Positions 28,385-38,468 of a stretch of 64,000 bases of DNA are shown piece by piece. The notes under the pieces are model-generated. The model had not been told where the DNA came from. It searched no databases and was given only the letters and a program-made list of their open reading frames with translations. The translations under genes and the position numbers were made by a program. The stretch covers positions 968,063 to 1,032,062 of the forward strand of contig CBDFKO010000002.1 of the NCBI GenBank assembly GCA_965248845.1. Reading direction: 5' to 3'. The stretch is from Acidobacteriota bacterium. GTDB lineage: Bacteria; Acidobacteriota; UBA890; WLXD01. Numbering within the stretch: position 1 is the first letter of the stretch; the number at the start of each line of letters is the position of its first letter.

Positions 28385-30859
28385 CTACATGAGCGTACGG
28401 GGATCGATGTCGACGACCAGGTCGCGGGGCAACCCACGACCGGCTTCGAGCTCGGCGAGCGAGCTCCGAATGGTACCGACCAGATCATCACGATCCGGAC
28501 TCTTCAGGAGGATTTGCATGCGGTACTTGCCGCGTAACCGGGAGATCGGGGGCGACGCTGGACCGATGACCGCTACCTCGCCGACAACGTTGCGCCGCAG
28601 CGCCGCACCCAGTCGATCGGCCTGTTCCTTGACGTCGGTGGTTACCTTGGCGCGGCATAAACATGCGGCCAGACAGACGAAGGGCGGGTACCTCAGGCGA
28701 CGCCGGAACTCGATCTCACGCGCGTAGAAGGTCTCGAAGTCGTGCTCGAGCGCGGCCTCGATGGCGTAGTGCCCGGGCTGGTGAGCCTGCAGGACCACCT
28801 CGCCGGGCGTGTCTCCCCGCCCGGCGCGTCCAGCCATTTGGGTGAGCAGCTGAAAGGTCCGCTCGGCAGCGCGAAAGTCGGGCATCCCGAGCCCAGCGTC
28901 GGCGCCCACCACGCCGACCAGCGTGACCCCGGGGAAGTCGTGTCCCTTGGCGAGCATCTGGGTGCCGACCAAGACGTCGAGCTGGCGCGAGCCGAAGGCC
29001 GATAGAATCCGCGCGTGCGCTCCCTTCTGGCGTGTCTGATCGGCGTCGAACCTTCCGATTCGAGCCGCTGGGAATGCCTGGGCCAGGGCACCCTGCAACT
29101 GCTCGGTCCCGTGACCCAGCTCGTGTAGCGAATCGGCCCCACACTGCGGGCAGAGACTGACCGCCGGGCGCCGGTAGTCGCAGTAGTGACAGCGCAGGGA
29201 ACGCTCCGCCCGATGCAGCGTCAGGCTGACAGCACATTCGGGACACTCCGGCCGCGCACCGCAGACACGGCAGACCAAGGCGCTAGCATAGCCACGGCGG
29301 TTCAGCAGAATGAGCGCCTGCTCGCCATCGACCAACCGGGCCTCGATCCGTTTCTCGAGGGCGCGGGACACCAGGGTACGACCGCACTCCTTCCACTCGC
29401 GGCGCATGTCGACGAGCGCCACGCTCGGCATCGGGCGCGCCGCAACCCGCCTCGGAAGCAGAGCCGTTCTAAAGCGCCCGGCGCGGGCGCGCCAGGCAGT
29501 GCCCAGTGCGGGCGTCGCCGATCCAAGAACGACCACGGCCCCCTCGCACTCCCCGCGGATCAACGCCACGTCGCGGCCGTGGTAGCGGGGGCGTTCCTCC
29601 TGCTTGTAGGCCGCATCCTGCTCTTCGTCGACGACGACCAGACCGACGTCTGCGAGCGGCGCGAACAGCGCCGAGCGTGGGCCGACCACGACGCGTGCCT
29701 CGCCCCGGCGTAACCGCCACCAGGCGTTGGTCCGTTCGCTGGCCGACAATCCCGAATGTAGAACGGCCACCTGGCTGCCGAAGACCGCCTGCGCCCGCCC
29801 ACGCAGCTGCGGTGTCAGGCCGATCTCCGGAACCAGCAGGATCGCCGAACACCCGGCCTCCAGTGCGGTCCGGGCGGCGCGAAGATAGACCTCGGTCTTG
29901 CCGCTTCCCGTCACCCCGTGGAGCAGCACCGGCACTCGATCGCGTCTGGCCCGGTCGATGTCCCGCAGGGCGGCGCTCTGATCGCGTGTCAGCATGAACG
30001 TGCCTGCCCCGGCAGAGCCGAGGCTCCAGCCGTCGCTTCGGTCCACCGCCCGCTCGAGACGCTCGACCAGGCCCTTGGCTTCGAGCGACCGCAACACGGC
30101 GGCCGACACGCCCGCTTCGCGCATGAGCAGCATCGAGTCCACCTCGCGCTCACCGTGCGCCCGCAGCCACGCCACAGCGCGACGCTGCGCCGGAGCGTGC
30201 CGGGTCGCCTGCCCCTGCGTCGCTTCGTCGAGCCCTGCGGTCAGCCGGATCTCGGTCGCAGTCCGACCGCTGGCCTGGCCGCTCCACTCATCGCGCACCT
30301 CCAGGAGCCCGTCTGCGGCCAGGCGCTGGACCGTCGCCATCGGCGCCACGCCCGGCAGCATGCGGGCAATCTGGCTGACCCGGGTCCAGCGGGAGCCATG
30401 GCGAAGCCCGGCGAGCGCCTGCATGAACCGCCGGGGATCGTGCCCCGCAATGTGCGTCGGTGCGGTGCCAGCCAGGCGTACCCGGGCGCTCTGCTCGGGG
30501 TTGCCGGCGGGCAGCGCGAGCTGCGCCACCACGCCCCAGGATGCCATGTAGCGTTCCGACACCCGGCGCGTCAGATCGAGCATGGCGGAGGTCAGCAGCG
30601 GACGGCGGTCCAGGCAATCGTCGATGTCCCGCAGCCGATCGGCCGACACCTCTGGGGGCGGAGCCTCTACCGTCTCGACCACGAGCGCCACGAGCGAACG
30701 CCCCCCGAAACGCACCCGCACCCTGGCACCCGGGGCAACGAGCCACTCGTGCTGCGGCGGGACCCGGTAGCTGTATAGCCCTTCCGCCGGCACAGGAACC
30801 GCGACGCGGGCGAACAGCCGCCCGACCTCGGGTAGTAGCAGCGCCTGCCGGCCGCTCAC
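28385..30859 (-). CDS. priA: Primosomal protein N' (replication restart helicase PriA)
   Basis: Walker A (LLHGVTGSGKTEVYL), DEEQD box, Cys4 zinc-binding region, and the conserved N-terminal ARVAVPVP...RVRVRFGGRS. Start uncertain (GTG about 30859). Confidence 0.85.
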   Translation of the reverse strand: MSGRQALLLPEVGRLFARVAVPVPAEGLYSYRVPPQHEWLVAPGARVRVRFGGRSLVALVVETVEAPPPEVSADRLRDIDDCLDRRPLLTSAMLDLTRRVSERYMASWGVVAQLALPAGNPEQSARVRLAGTAPTHIAGHDPRRFMQALAGLRHGSRWTRVSQIARMLPGVAPMATVQRLAADGLLEVRDEWSGQASGRTATEIRLTAGLDEATQGQATRHAPAQRRAVAWLRAHGEREVDSMLLMREAGVSAAVLRSLEAKGLVERLERAVDRSDGWSLGSAGAGTFMLTRDQSAALRDIDRARRDRVPVLLHGVTGSGKTEVYLRAARTALEAGCSAILLVPEIGLTPQLRGRAQAVFGSQVAVLHSGLSASERTNAWWRLRRGEARVVVGPRSALFAPLADVGLVVVDEEQDAAYKQEERPRYHGRDVALIRGECEGAVVVLGSATPALGTAWRARAGRFRTALLPRRVAARPMPSVALVDMRREWKECGRTLVSRALEKRIEARLVDGEQALILLNRRGYASALVCRVCGARPECPECAVSLTLHRAERSLRCHYCDYRRPAVSLCPQCGADSLHELGHGTEQLQGALAQAFPAARIGRFDADQTRQKGAHARILSAFGSRQLDVLVGTQMLAKGHDFPGVTLVGVVGADAGLGMPDFRAAERTFQLLTQMAGRAGRGDTPGEVVLQAHQPGHYAIEAALEHDFETFYAREIEFRRRLRYPPFVCLAACLCRAKVTTDVKEQADRLGAALRRNVVGEVAVIGPASPPISRLRGKYRMQILLKSPDRDDLVGTIRSSLAELEAGRGLPRDLVVDIDPRTLM

Positions 30860-31635
30860 TCGTGCCCGGCGAGACGAGCCATGACCATCTGCATGTCGTC
30901 CCAGGTCTTGTGCTTTTCTGCCGGGCTCCGCAGCAGGTACGCCGGGTGGTAGGTGCACATGACCGGGATACCGTCCCACTCCATGAAGCGCCCCCGCAGA
31001 CGGCCGAGCGGAGCATCGACGTCGAGCACCGCCTGCGCCGCCACTCGGCCGAGGAGCACGATGATCTCCGGGCGGACGGCCTTCACCTGTCGCAGCAAGA
31101 AGTGGCGGCAGGCGGCGAGCTCGTCCCGCTCCGGATTCCGGTTCTTAGGTGGCCGGCACTTCACGGTATTGGCGATGTAGACCTGCGAGCGCTCGAGTCC
31201 CATAGCCACGATGATGCGGTCGAGTAGCTGACCAGCGCGCCCGACGAATGGCTCTCCCTGTAGGTCCTCGTCGCGTCCCGGGCCTTCGCCGATGAACATG
31301 AGCCGCGCGGTCGGATTGCCGACGCCGAATACGACATTCGTTCGGGTCTCACAAAGGCGGCAGAGGGTGCATGTGGCAGCCTCGGCCGCCACCGATTCCA
31401 GAGACTCATCCGCCGCCGGCTGATCGGATTCGCCACCGGTGGCAACCGGCTCGGCGGTGGGCGCCCCGCTGGTGATCGGCTGCTCGATCGCACCGACGGG
31501 AGTCGCTGCCTCGCCCGGCTGGCGCGCCGCCACGTCGGCGCGCGATCGAGTCGCCATGCCCCAAACGCCGTCGTCGCGCAGCTGCTCTAGATGCAACGCC
31601 AGTTGGTGCCGCGCCTCGAGCGTCCTATCCGCCAT
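30856..31635 (-). CDS. Uracil-DNA glycosylase, family 4 (Fe-S cluster type)
   Basis: CTLCRLC...VVFGVGNP...MFIGEGPG...HPAYLLR motifs; Ala/Glu-rich N-terminal extension. Confidence 0.85.
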   Translation of the reverse strand: MADRTLEARHQLALHLEQLRDDGVWGMATRSRADVAARQPGEAATPVGAIEQPITSGAPTAEPVATGGESDQPAADESLESVAAEAATCTLCRLCETRTNVVFGVGNPTARLMFIGEGPGRDEDLQGEPFVGRAGQLLDRIIVAMGLERSQVYIANTVKCRPPKNRNPERDELAACRHFLLRQVKAVRPEIIVLLGRVAAQAVLDVDAPLGRLRGRFMEWDGIPVMCTYHPAYLLRSPAEKHKTWDDMQMVMARLAGHE

Positions 31636-32869
31636 CGCCCTCGCCTACGGCCAGGAAGCGGCTCACGGCTTGCCATATGGCTCCGGCGACGACGCGCTTC
31701 GAGGCGCGCGCGATCTCGTCGCGGCCGCCCCGGCGGTCCAGAACCACGGCGGCGTTGTCGTCGGACCCGAATCCCGTTCCAGAATGGCCCACCTGGTTTG
31801 CCACCATCAAGTCGCAGCCCTTGGCCGAGAGCTTGGCGGCGGCCCGCTGTTCGATGTCTGAGGTCTCCGCGGCAAAGCCGACCAGCAGCGGCCGCTCGTC
31901 CCGTGCGCCGAGCGCCGCCAGGATGTCCTGCGTCCGCTCGAGTCGCAGCTCCAGGTGGTCGTGGCCCGCCTTCTTGATCTTCTCGTCCCGCGTCGCGTCG
32001 GGTCGATAGTCGCATACCGCCGCCGACAACAGCGCAATGTCCCAGCGCCGGTCGAGGTCGAGCACGGCAGCCGCCATCTCGGCCGCGCTCTCGACATCGA
32101 CCCGCTCGACGCGGGCCGGCGCCGCAAGCTCAGTCGGACCGCTGACGAGAATGACCTCGGCGCCGAGCAACGAAGCCTCTGCCGCCAGTGCATAACCCAT
32201 CTTCCCGGTCGATCGATTAGTGAGCATGCGGACCGGGTCGATGCGCTCGCGCGTCGGACCAGCGGTCACGAGCACGCGGCGGCCCCGGAGCCAAGCGTGC
32301 TCGGGCGGGTCGTGGAGCAACCGTTCTATCGTGCCGGCGATCTCGGCCGGCTCGGCCATGCGCCCGGGTCCCGATCGGCCGGAGGCCAGGGAGCCGGTTC
32401 CGGGACCGACGAGCCACGCGCCCCGATCCACCAGGGACGCGAGGTTACGCTGCACGGCCGGGTGCGCGTACATCTCGTCTTCCATAGCCGGAGCCAGCAG
32501 CAGCGGGGCCGGACTGGCAAGCGCCAGCGTGGACGCAAAGTCGTCGGCGATCCCGTGCGACAGCTTGGCAATGAAGTCTGCGGTCGCGGGGGCGACGCAG
32601 AGAAGATCAGCCTCCTCGGCCCAGCGAACATGCGCGATGCACTCAGGCCGTGGATCGTCGAACAGACTGTCGATGACCCGTTCGCCCGACAGCGCGGCGA
32701 AGGTTGTCGGGCTGACGAACCGAGTCGCGCCGCGTGTCATCGCGACCCGGACCCGCAGCTGCCGCTCGCGCAGCCGGCGTACCAGCTCGCACACCTTGTA
32801 GGCGGCGATCCCGCCGGTCACCGCCAGCACGACGGTCGTCCGGGCCTGTGGCTCGGCGATTCCGGTCAT
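31625..32869 (-). CDS. coaBC: Bifunctional phosphopantothenoylcysteine decarboxylase/phosphopantothenate-cysteine ligase
   Basis: N-terminal flavoprotein domain (VTGGIAAYK) and C-terminal DFP/CoaB domain. Start at ATG 32869. Confidence 0.9.
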   Translation of the reverse strand: MTGIAEPQARTTVVLAVTGGIAAYKVCELVRRLRERQLRVRVAMTRGATRFVSPTTFAALSGERVIDSLFDDPRPECIAHVRWAEEADLLCVAPATADFIAKLSHGIADDFASTLALASPAPLLLAPAMEDEMYAHPAVQRNLASLVDRGAWLVGPGTGSLASGRSGPGRMAEPAEIAGTIERLLHDPPEHAWLRGRRVLVTAGPTRERIDPVRMLTNRSTGKMGYALAAEASLLGAEVILVSGPTELAAPARVERVDVESAAEMAAAVLDLDRRWDIALLSAAVCDYRPDATRDEKIKKAGHDHLELRLERTQDILAALGARDERPLLVGFAAETSDIEQRAAAKLSAKGCDLMVANQVGHSGTGFGSDDNAAVVLDRRGGRDEIARASKRVVAGAIWQAVSRFLAVGEGDGG

Positions 32870-32903
32870 GATCGCTTCCTGTCGCGGCAGCGGCCGCGGT
32901 GGC

Positions 32904-33134
32904 CTACTCTTCGCCGGCCGCGTCGTCGCTAGGTTCCTGCATCGCGGTGGCAACGAGATCGAGCTCGCCCTCCTCGCGTAAACGCCAAGGAACGGTCCCT
33001 TGGTCGACCTCGCGAACGGCCAGGGTCGTGTACTTGCGCACGGTGGCCTCGATCTTGGGCCGGGCGCCGCGCATGAGCTGGAGGCAGCGCTGCGCCGCCA
33101 CCTCTACGAACAGATACTCACTTTCTGGCTTCAC
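32904..33134 (-). CDS. rpoZ: DNA-directed RNA polymerase subunit omega
   Basis: 76-aa ORF not in the ORF track; GTG start preceded by GGAGGA. Lies between gmk and coaBC as in the conserved arrangement. KYTTLAVREV resembles the omega core. Confidence 0.7.
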   Translation of the reverse strand: MKPESEYLFVEVAAQRCLQLMRGARPKIEATVRKYTTLAVREVDQGTVPWRLREEGELDLVATAMQEPSDDAAGEE

Positions 33135-33148
33135 GAGAATCCTCCGAT

Positions 33149-33820
33149 TCAGTGGCCCACGATAGAGCCGGGCGGCGGCGTACGCTCCCCACCGAAGGAG
33201 CGGCTGATCCGCTCCGCCAGAGACGTTCGCCGCGTACGTCGGCAGCGCTCCGCGCGCACGATAGCCTCGAGCTCCGCGGCTGCCGTGTCGAGTTCGTCGT
33301 TGACGACCACGTAATCGTAGCCCACATAGTGGGCGATTTCGCTCGCCGCGATGCCCAGCCGACGCTCGATCGTCGATCGGTTCGCGTCGTTGAGCCCATC
33401 GCGCCCCACCAGACGGCTCTCGAGCTCGTCCCGGGAGGGCGGCAAGACGAAGATCGTCACGGCGGAGGCCATACGCCGAAGCACGGACTCGGCCCCCTGC
33501 ACGTCGATCACAAGAACGGCATCGGCTCCAGCGGAATGGATGCGCTCGATCTCCGAATGCAATGTGCCGTAGAGGTAGCCGTGCACCTGCGCCCACTCGA
33601 GGAAATTGCCGGCAGCACGGCGTGCTTCGAACTCCTCGGCGCCGACGAAGAAATAGTCGCGGCCGTGGTGCTCGTTGTCCCGGGCGACCCGCGTCGTGCA
33701 AGAGATCGTACGAACGAGCCGGTCGGCCCGGGCCAGCAGCGTGTTCGCCAGCGTCGTTTTGCCAGCCCCCGAGGGAGCCGATATCACGAAGCACACGGAG
33801 GGCGCGGCCGCGTCACTCAA
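33149..33820 (-). CDS. gmk: Guanylate kinase
   Basis: P-loop ISAPSGAGKTTL and the GMP-binding region. Confidence 0.9.
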   Translation of the reverse strand: MSDAAAPSVCFVISAPSGAGKTTLANTLLARADRLVRTISCTTRVARDNEHHGRDYFFVGAEEFEARRAAGNFLEWAQVHGYLYGTLHSEIERIHSAGADAVLVIDVQGAESVLRRMASAVTIFVLPPSRDELESRLVGRDGLNDANRSTIERRLGIAASEIAHYVGYDYVVVNDELDTAAAELEAIVRAERCRRTRRTSLAERISRSFGGERTPPPGSIVGH

Positions 33821-34694
33821 TGTTCTGCACCTGCTCCCGGATCTTCTCGAGCTCCGACTTCAGGCCGAGCACCTCGTCGGCCACCGCCAGGTCTTTGGTC
33901 TTGGCCCCGATCGTGGTCAGCTCCCGGTGGATCTCCTGGGCGACGAACTCCAGCGCGCGCCCCACCGAGTCCGACGACTGCAGCAGATCGCGCGTCTTGT
34001 CGAGATGCGACCGAAGGCGCACGGTCTCCTCGGTGACGTCAGCGCGCTCGGCATAGTAGGCGGCCTCCTGGATGAGCCGAGATTCGTCGACCGGTGCCCC
34101 GACCTCTGCAAGCAGCTCTCCGACCCGCTCGCGGAGCTGGTCGCGGATCCGCGCCGGCAGCTCAGCGGCCGCGTTCTCGATACGGCGAAGGCCGCCGTCA
34201 AGCAGGTCGACCCGGGCGCCGAGATCCTGCGCAAGATGGGTCCCCTCGTGGGCACGCATCGCACCGAGCCCCTCGAGGGCCGTGCGGAGCGCCTTCTCGA
34301 TCACCGGCGTGTCCTCCTCAGGATCGACGGAGGCCTCATCCCCGACGCTCATGACGCCTGGCAACGGCAGCAGATCTGCCACGCCGAGATCACTCCGAAT
34401 CCCCAGATCGCCAGCCATCTCGTCGAGCTCGCGGGCCCAGGCGCTGGCGGCTTCCCGGTCGATGCGCGATGTGCCGCCGGCCCTTGCCGCCACCGATAGT
34501 GTCATGTCTACCTTGCCGCGCTGGACATGTTCCTGGATCATTCGCCGCGCCCGGCCCTCAAAGAACGCCAGCTCCGACGGCAGCCGCATCGCGACCCGGC
34601 AAAATCGATGGTTGACGCTGCGAACCTCGGCAACTGCCCGCAACCGCTCCGAGCTGGCCTCGCCCCGCCCGTGCCCGCTCATGCTTCGAATCAT
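33813..34694 (-). CDS. YicC-family stress-induced protein (YicC_N/DUF1732)
   Basis: MIRSMSGHGRGE N-terminus and DUF1732 C-terminus; conserved yicC-gmk-rpoZ-coaBC order. Confidence 0.8.
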   Translation of the reverse strand: MIRSMSGHGRGEASSERLRAVAEVRSVNHRFCRVAMRLPSELAFFEGRARRMIQEHVQRGKVDMTLSVAARAGGTSRIDREAASAWARELDEMAGDLGIRSDLGVADLLPLPGVMSVGDEASVDPEEDTPVIEKALRTALEGLGAMRAHEGTHLAQDLGARVDLLDGGLRRIENAAAELPARIRDQLRERVGELLAEVGAPVDESRLIQEAAYYAERADVTEETVRLRSHLDKTRDLLQSSDSVGRALEFVAQEIHRELTTIGAKTKDLAVADEVLGLKSELEKIREQVQNIE

Positions 34695-34758
34695 GGCGCG
34701 CAATGTTAGCAGCCCGTCTGGATTCGGTTCGCCCACCCGAGCTGCCGTGTCAGCGGCT

Positions 34759-35421
34759 TCAGCCGATCTCGCGTCCGGCCTGCTCGGAGAGCTTCGCAAG
34801 GCGCGCCGCCACCTCCGAATCGGCCTTCCGGAGCGCAGCGTCACCACCGTCCCGCGGCACCCACAGGTGCGGCCCGTAAACGAACACGCCACGGCTGAAC
34901 GGCAGCGGGAAGATCATGCGGTCCCAGGTGCCGAGCCGTAGCTCGCGGCTACACGCGAAAGCCACGGGCAGTAAAGGCCTTCCGGTAGCCCGCGCCACCC
35001 AGGTTGCCCCAGGCTGCACCTTCTCGGCCGGGCCGCGGGGACCATCGGGCGTGATTCCCATGTCGCGGCCGCGCCGAGCCGCGGCAACCATGCCCCGTGC
35101 GGCGGCCACGCCGCCGCGCGAGCTCGACCCACGGGTGGCCTCCACACCGAGCCACCCAAAGAGCGTGGCGGTCATCGCGCCGTCGTCCGAACGTGAGATC
35201 GGTACAACGGTGGGAGGCCGGAACTGCACCCAGGGCATCATCGCCAGCTGGGAATGCCAGAAGCAGTAGATCACCGGACCGCCGTCCTCGGGTAGGGCGT
35301 TCTCCGCGCCCACGCGGTGCAGCCGCATGGTGCGGCGAACCATCGCCAGGTACCCCGCCCCGAGGGTGCCGGCCCCGCTCAGCATCGACCGGCGCAGACC
35401 GGCGCGGAGTCGAGACGGCAT
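34759..35421 (-). CDS. DUF374 / lysophospholipid acyltransferase-like protein
   Basis: The IYCFWHSQL motif is typical of DUF374 proteins that sit upstream of msbA/lpxB/kdtA in diderm bacteria. Confidence 0.7.
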   Translation of the reverse strand: MPSRLRAGLRRSMLSGAGTLGAGYLAMVRRTMRLHRVGAENALPEDGGPVIYCFWHSQLAMMPWVQFRPPTVVPISRSDDGAMTATLFGWLGVEATRGSSSRGGVAAARGMVAAARRGRDMGITPDGPRGPAEKVQPGATWVARATGRPLLPVAFACSRELRLGTWDRMIFPLPFSRGVFVYGPHLWVPRDGGDAALRKADSEVAARLAKLSEQAGREIG

Positions 35422-35430
35422 CGTAGACGC

Positions 35431-37245
35431 TCAGCCCTCCAACGCGAACCCTGGCTCCACCGCGGCGGCGAAGTGCAGCGCGTACAGACGCTGGTACGCA
35501 CCCATGCGCGACAGCAACTGCTCGTGGGTCCCCTGCTCGACGACACGGCCGCCCTCGATCACGACGATCAGGTCGACGTTGCGGATCGTCGACAGACGGT
35601 GCGCGATGATGACGGTCGTACGTCCTTCCATCAGATTGACCAACGCCTCCTGCACCAGGCGGTCGGAGCGTACGTCGAGGTTGCTCGTCGCCTCGTCCAG
35701 GATCAGGATCGGCGCGTTCTTGAGCAGCGCGCGGGCGATCGCGATGCGCTGACGCTGCCCCCCCGACAGGCGCAGCCCGCGCTCGCCCAGCACGGTTTCG
35801 TAGCCCTGTGGCAACTTGCTGATGAATTCGTGCGCGAAGGCCGCGCGGGCGGCCGACTCGACCGCTTCAGCAGAAACATTCGGCTGGCAATAGCCGATAT
35901 TAGCGCGCACCGAATCATTGAACAGGATGGTTTCCTGGGTGACCATGGCGATCTGCGCGCGCAGCTCGTCGAGACGGATGCCCTTCAGATCTACATCGTC
36001 GATCGCTACGCGGCCCGAGCTCGGCTCGTAGAAGCGCGGAATCAGGTTGGCCAGCGTCGATTTGCCGGACCCGGAGGGACCGACGAACGCAACCGCGGAG
36101 CCGGCCCGAATCTCCAGATCGATATCGTGCAGCACTTGCTCGCCGCCGCCGTCGGCGTACTCGAAAGCGACGGACTCGAAGCGCAAACCATGAACAAGAG
36201 CCGGCATCGGGACCGTCGGCTCGAACCCGGCGACAGGTTCTGAAAGCGAACCGCCGATCAACCGCAAACGATCGGCCGCCGGCAATGGTTCGACCGGCTC
36301 GTCGAGCACCTCGAACAGACGATCTGCTGCCGATGCCGCGGCCTGCACCCGCACGTTCGCCGAGCTGAGGCGCCGCAGCGGCGCGTAGGTCAGCAGGGCC
36401 GATGCGAGAAACGAGGTGAGCTCACCCGGCGTCAGTTGCGCCTGCGCGATCTGCCACGACCCGTAGATCACCACCAGCGCGCCGCCGCACGCGCCGATGA
36501 ACTCCATCAAAGGCGAGCCGATCGCGGACAGGCGCTCGGCGTGCAATGAATGCCGGTACAGCCGCTCGGCCGCGCGCCGGAACTTCTCCGACTCCGGCTG
36601 CTCCATGCCGAACGCCTTCACCACGCGGATCCCGGTAAGCGTCTCCTGCAGCAGTGCCGAGATCTCGCCAAGCCCCTGCTGTGCGGCGCGGCTGACCCGG
36701 CGTAGACGCTTACCGAGCGCGCCGATGACGGTCGCCACGACCGGTCCGACGGTGAGCACCAGGAGCGCCAAGACCCAGTCGGTGTAGAGCATCAGCGCGA
36801 TCAATCCGACCAGCGTCATGCTCTCGCGCAGCAGATCGACGAAGACTCGCGTCAGCGCCTCCTGGATGGCCAGCACGTCGGAGGTAACCCGTGACATCAA
36901 GCTGCCGGTGGAGCGTCGCGCGTGAAACCCGAGAGGCAGGAACTGCAGGTGCCGGTAGACGTGGACGCGCAGATCACGAACGACCGCGAAGCCGACGCTG
37001 CCCATGAGGTAGCTCGACAGGTAGCGCGCGATTCCCAGCGTCAAGTACAGCAGCACGATGGCCGCGGCGAGCATGCGGACATCGGTAGCGACGGCGCTCG
37101 TAACAAAGGCCTCGTCGACTACGAAGCGCAGCATGTAGATGATCGCCGCGTTCGCCGTCGCCAGGGCGGCCATGGCGGCGATCGCACCCAGCATCCTGGA
37201 CACGTAGGGCCGAACGAAGGGGCTGAGGCGGCGGAGATTGGTCAT
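35431..37245 (-). CDS. ABC transporter permease/ATPase, MsbA-like lipid A exporter
   Basis: Six-TM domain plus NBD with Walker A GPSGSGKST, signature LSGGQRQR and Walker B ILILDEATS. Confidence 0.85.
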   Translation of the reverse strand: MTNLRRLSPFVRPYVSRMLGAIAAMAALATANAAIIYMLRFVVDEAFVTSAVATDVRMLAAAIVLLYLTLGIARYLSSYLMGSVGFAVVRDLRVHVYRHLQFLPLGFHARRSTGSLMSRVTSDVLAIQEALTRVFVDLLRESMTLVGLIALMLYTDWVLALLVLTVGPVVATVIGALGKRLRRVSRAAQQGLGEISALLQETLTGIRVVKAFGMEQPESEKFRRAAERLYRHSLHAERLSAIGSPLMEFIGACGGALVVIYGSWQIAQAQLTPGELTSFLASALLTYAPLRRLSSANVRVQAAASAADRLFEVLDEPVEPLPAADRLRLIGGSLSEPVAGFEPTVPMPALVHGLRFESVAFEYADGGGEQVLHDIDLEIRAGSAVAFVGPSGSGKSTLANLIPRFYEPSSGRVAIDDVDLKGIRLDELRAQIAMVTQETILFNDSVRANIGYCQPNVSAEAVESAARAAFAHEFISKLPQGYETVLGERGLRLSGGQRQRIAIARALLKNAPILILDEATSNLDVRSDRLVQEALVNLMEGRTTVIIAHRLSTIRNVDLIVVIEGGRVVEQGTHEQLLSRMGAYQRLYALHFAAAVEPGFALEG

Positions 37246-38465
37246 GATGCCAGCGCGTCGTCTGCGGTGCGGACGCTCGGTGGAACGATCGTCTCAGCTA
37301 CGGCACGCGCGGCCCGCCGGGAAGCGCCCGGTTCGCCGAGCCGCATCCGAACCTCCTGCAGGAATTCGAGGCACCGACGACGTGGAGCACCGTCCTGCAA
37401 CAACGGGACGAGCTCCTCAACGATCCGTGTTGGAGTGACCTGCTCCTGGAGCAGCTCTGGCACCCCACGGCGAGCCGCAACCACATTTACCAATGCGATG
37501 TCACGAATGCGCACCAGTAACTTTCCGAGATTATAGGTAAGCCAGGATGTTCTGTAAACGACCACTTCGGGCGTCCCGAGAAGCGCTGCCTCGAGCGTCG
37601 CGGTTCCCGAACAGACCACGGCTGCCCGACACTGGCGAAGCAGATCGTAGTAGTCGCCGTCCAGGAGGTGTACGCGCTCGCGGAGCTCGGGCTGCAGCCC
37701 GGCCAACGGGATCTCGTATTCCGAGCGATCGACGCCGGATGCACGCGGGATCAGAAAGTGGAGCGCGCCCTCCAGGGCCGCCAACCGGCTGGCAGCCCCG
37801 AGCAGCGGGTCCAGCAGCCGCGATACCTCGCTCTTGCGGCTCCCAGGCAACAGGCCGACCCACGACGCCGACGCTGGCAGGCTGTGCCGCGCGGCAAGCT
37901 GCTCACGCGGGCAGCGCGGCTCCGCCGGGATGACGTCGAGCAGCGGGTGGCCGACGAAGTCGACCGCGACCCCGAGGTCCTCGTAGAGCGCTTTCTCGAA
38001 CAAGAGAATCACCAGCACCCGGTCGGCCAGGCGCGCAATGTCACGCACTCTGCCCGCCCGCCAGGCCCACACCTGCGGGCTGATGTAGTAGACGATTGGC
38101 ATCTCCGGACGCACCCTGCGCAGGCGGCGCGCCAACGCCATGTTGAAGTCCGGATAATCGACCAGGATGACACCGTCGATGTCGAGATCTTGAACCGCTG
38201 CCACCAGCCCGTTCATGGCCCGGCGTACGTCGCCCAGGTGCGCCAGCACCTCGGTGAAGCCGACCACGGCCAAATGCCGATAGTGGTAGAGGAGCTCGAC
38301 CCCCTGCGCCGCCAGGCAATCCCCACCCACGCCCCAGACCTCGAGCGGCTCGGGATCGTGGCGCAGTTGGTGCACCAGGCTCGACGCGTGGAGGTCCCCC
38401 GAAGCTTCGCCGGCCACGATCAAGAGGCGGCGACCGCCGCGCTGGTCCAGCCCGCCAGGCGCCAA
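37242..38465 (-). CDS. lpxB: Lipid-A-disaccharide synthase
   Basis: LLIVAGEASGDLHAS...GVGG...DYPDFN...YISPQVWAWR are canonical LpxB motifs. Confidence 0.9.
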   Translation of the reverse strand: MAPGGLDQRGGRRLLIVAGEASGDLHASSLVHQLRHDPEPLEVWGVGGDCLAAQGVELLYHYRHLAVVGFTEVLAHLGDVRRAMNGLVAAVQDLDIDGVILVDYPDFNMALARRLRRVRPEMPIVYYISPQVWAWRAGRVRDIARLADRVLVILLFEKALYEDLGVAVDFVGHPLLDVIPAEPRCPREQLAARHSLPASASWVGLLPGSRKSEVSRLLDPLLGAASRLAALEGALHFLIPRASGVDRSEYEIPLAGLQPELRERVHLLDGDYYDLLRQCRAAVVCSGTATLEAALLGTPEVVVYRTSWLTYNLGKLLVRIRDIALVNVVAARRGVPELLQEQVTPTRIVEELVPLLQDGAPRRRCLEFLQEVRMRLGEPGASRRAARAVAETIVPPSVRTADDALAS

Positions 38466-38468
38466 GCC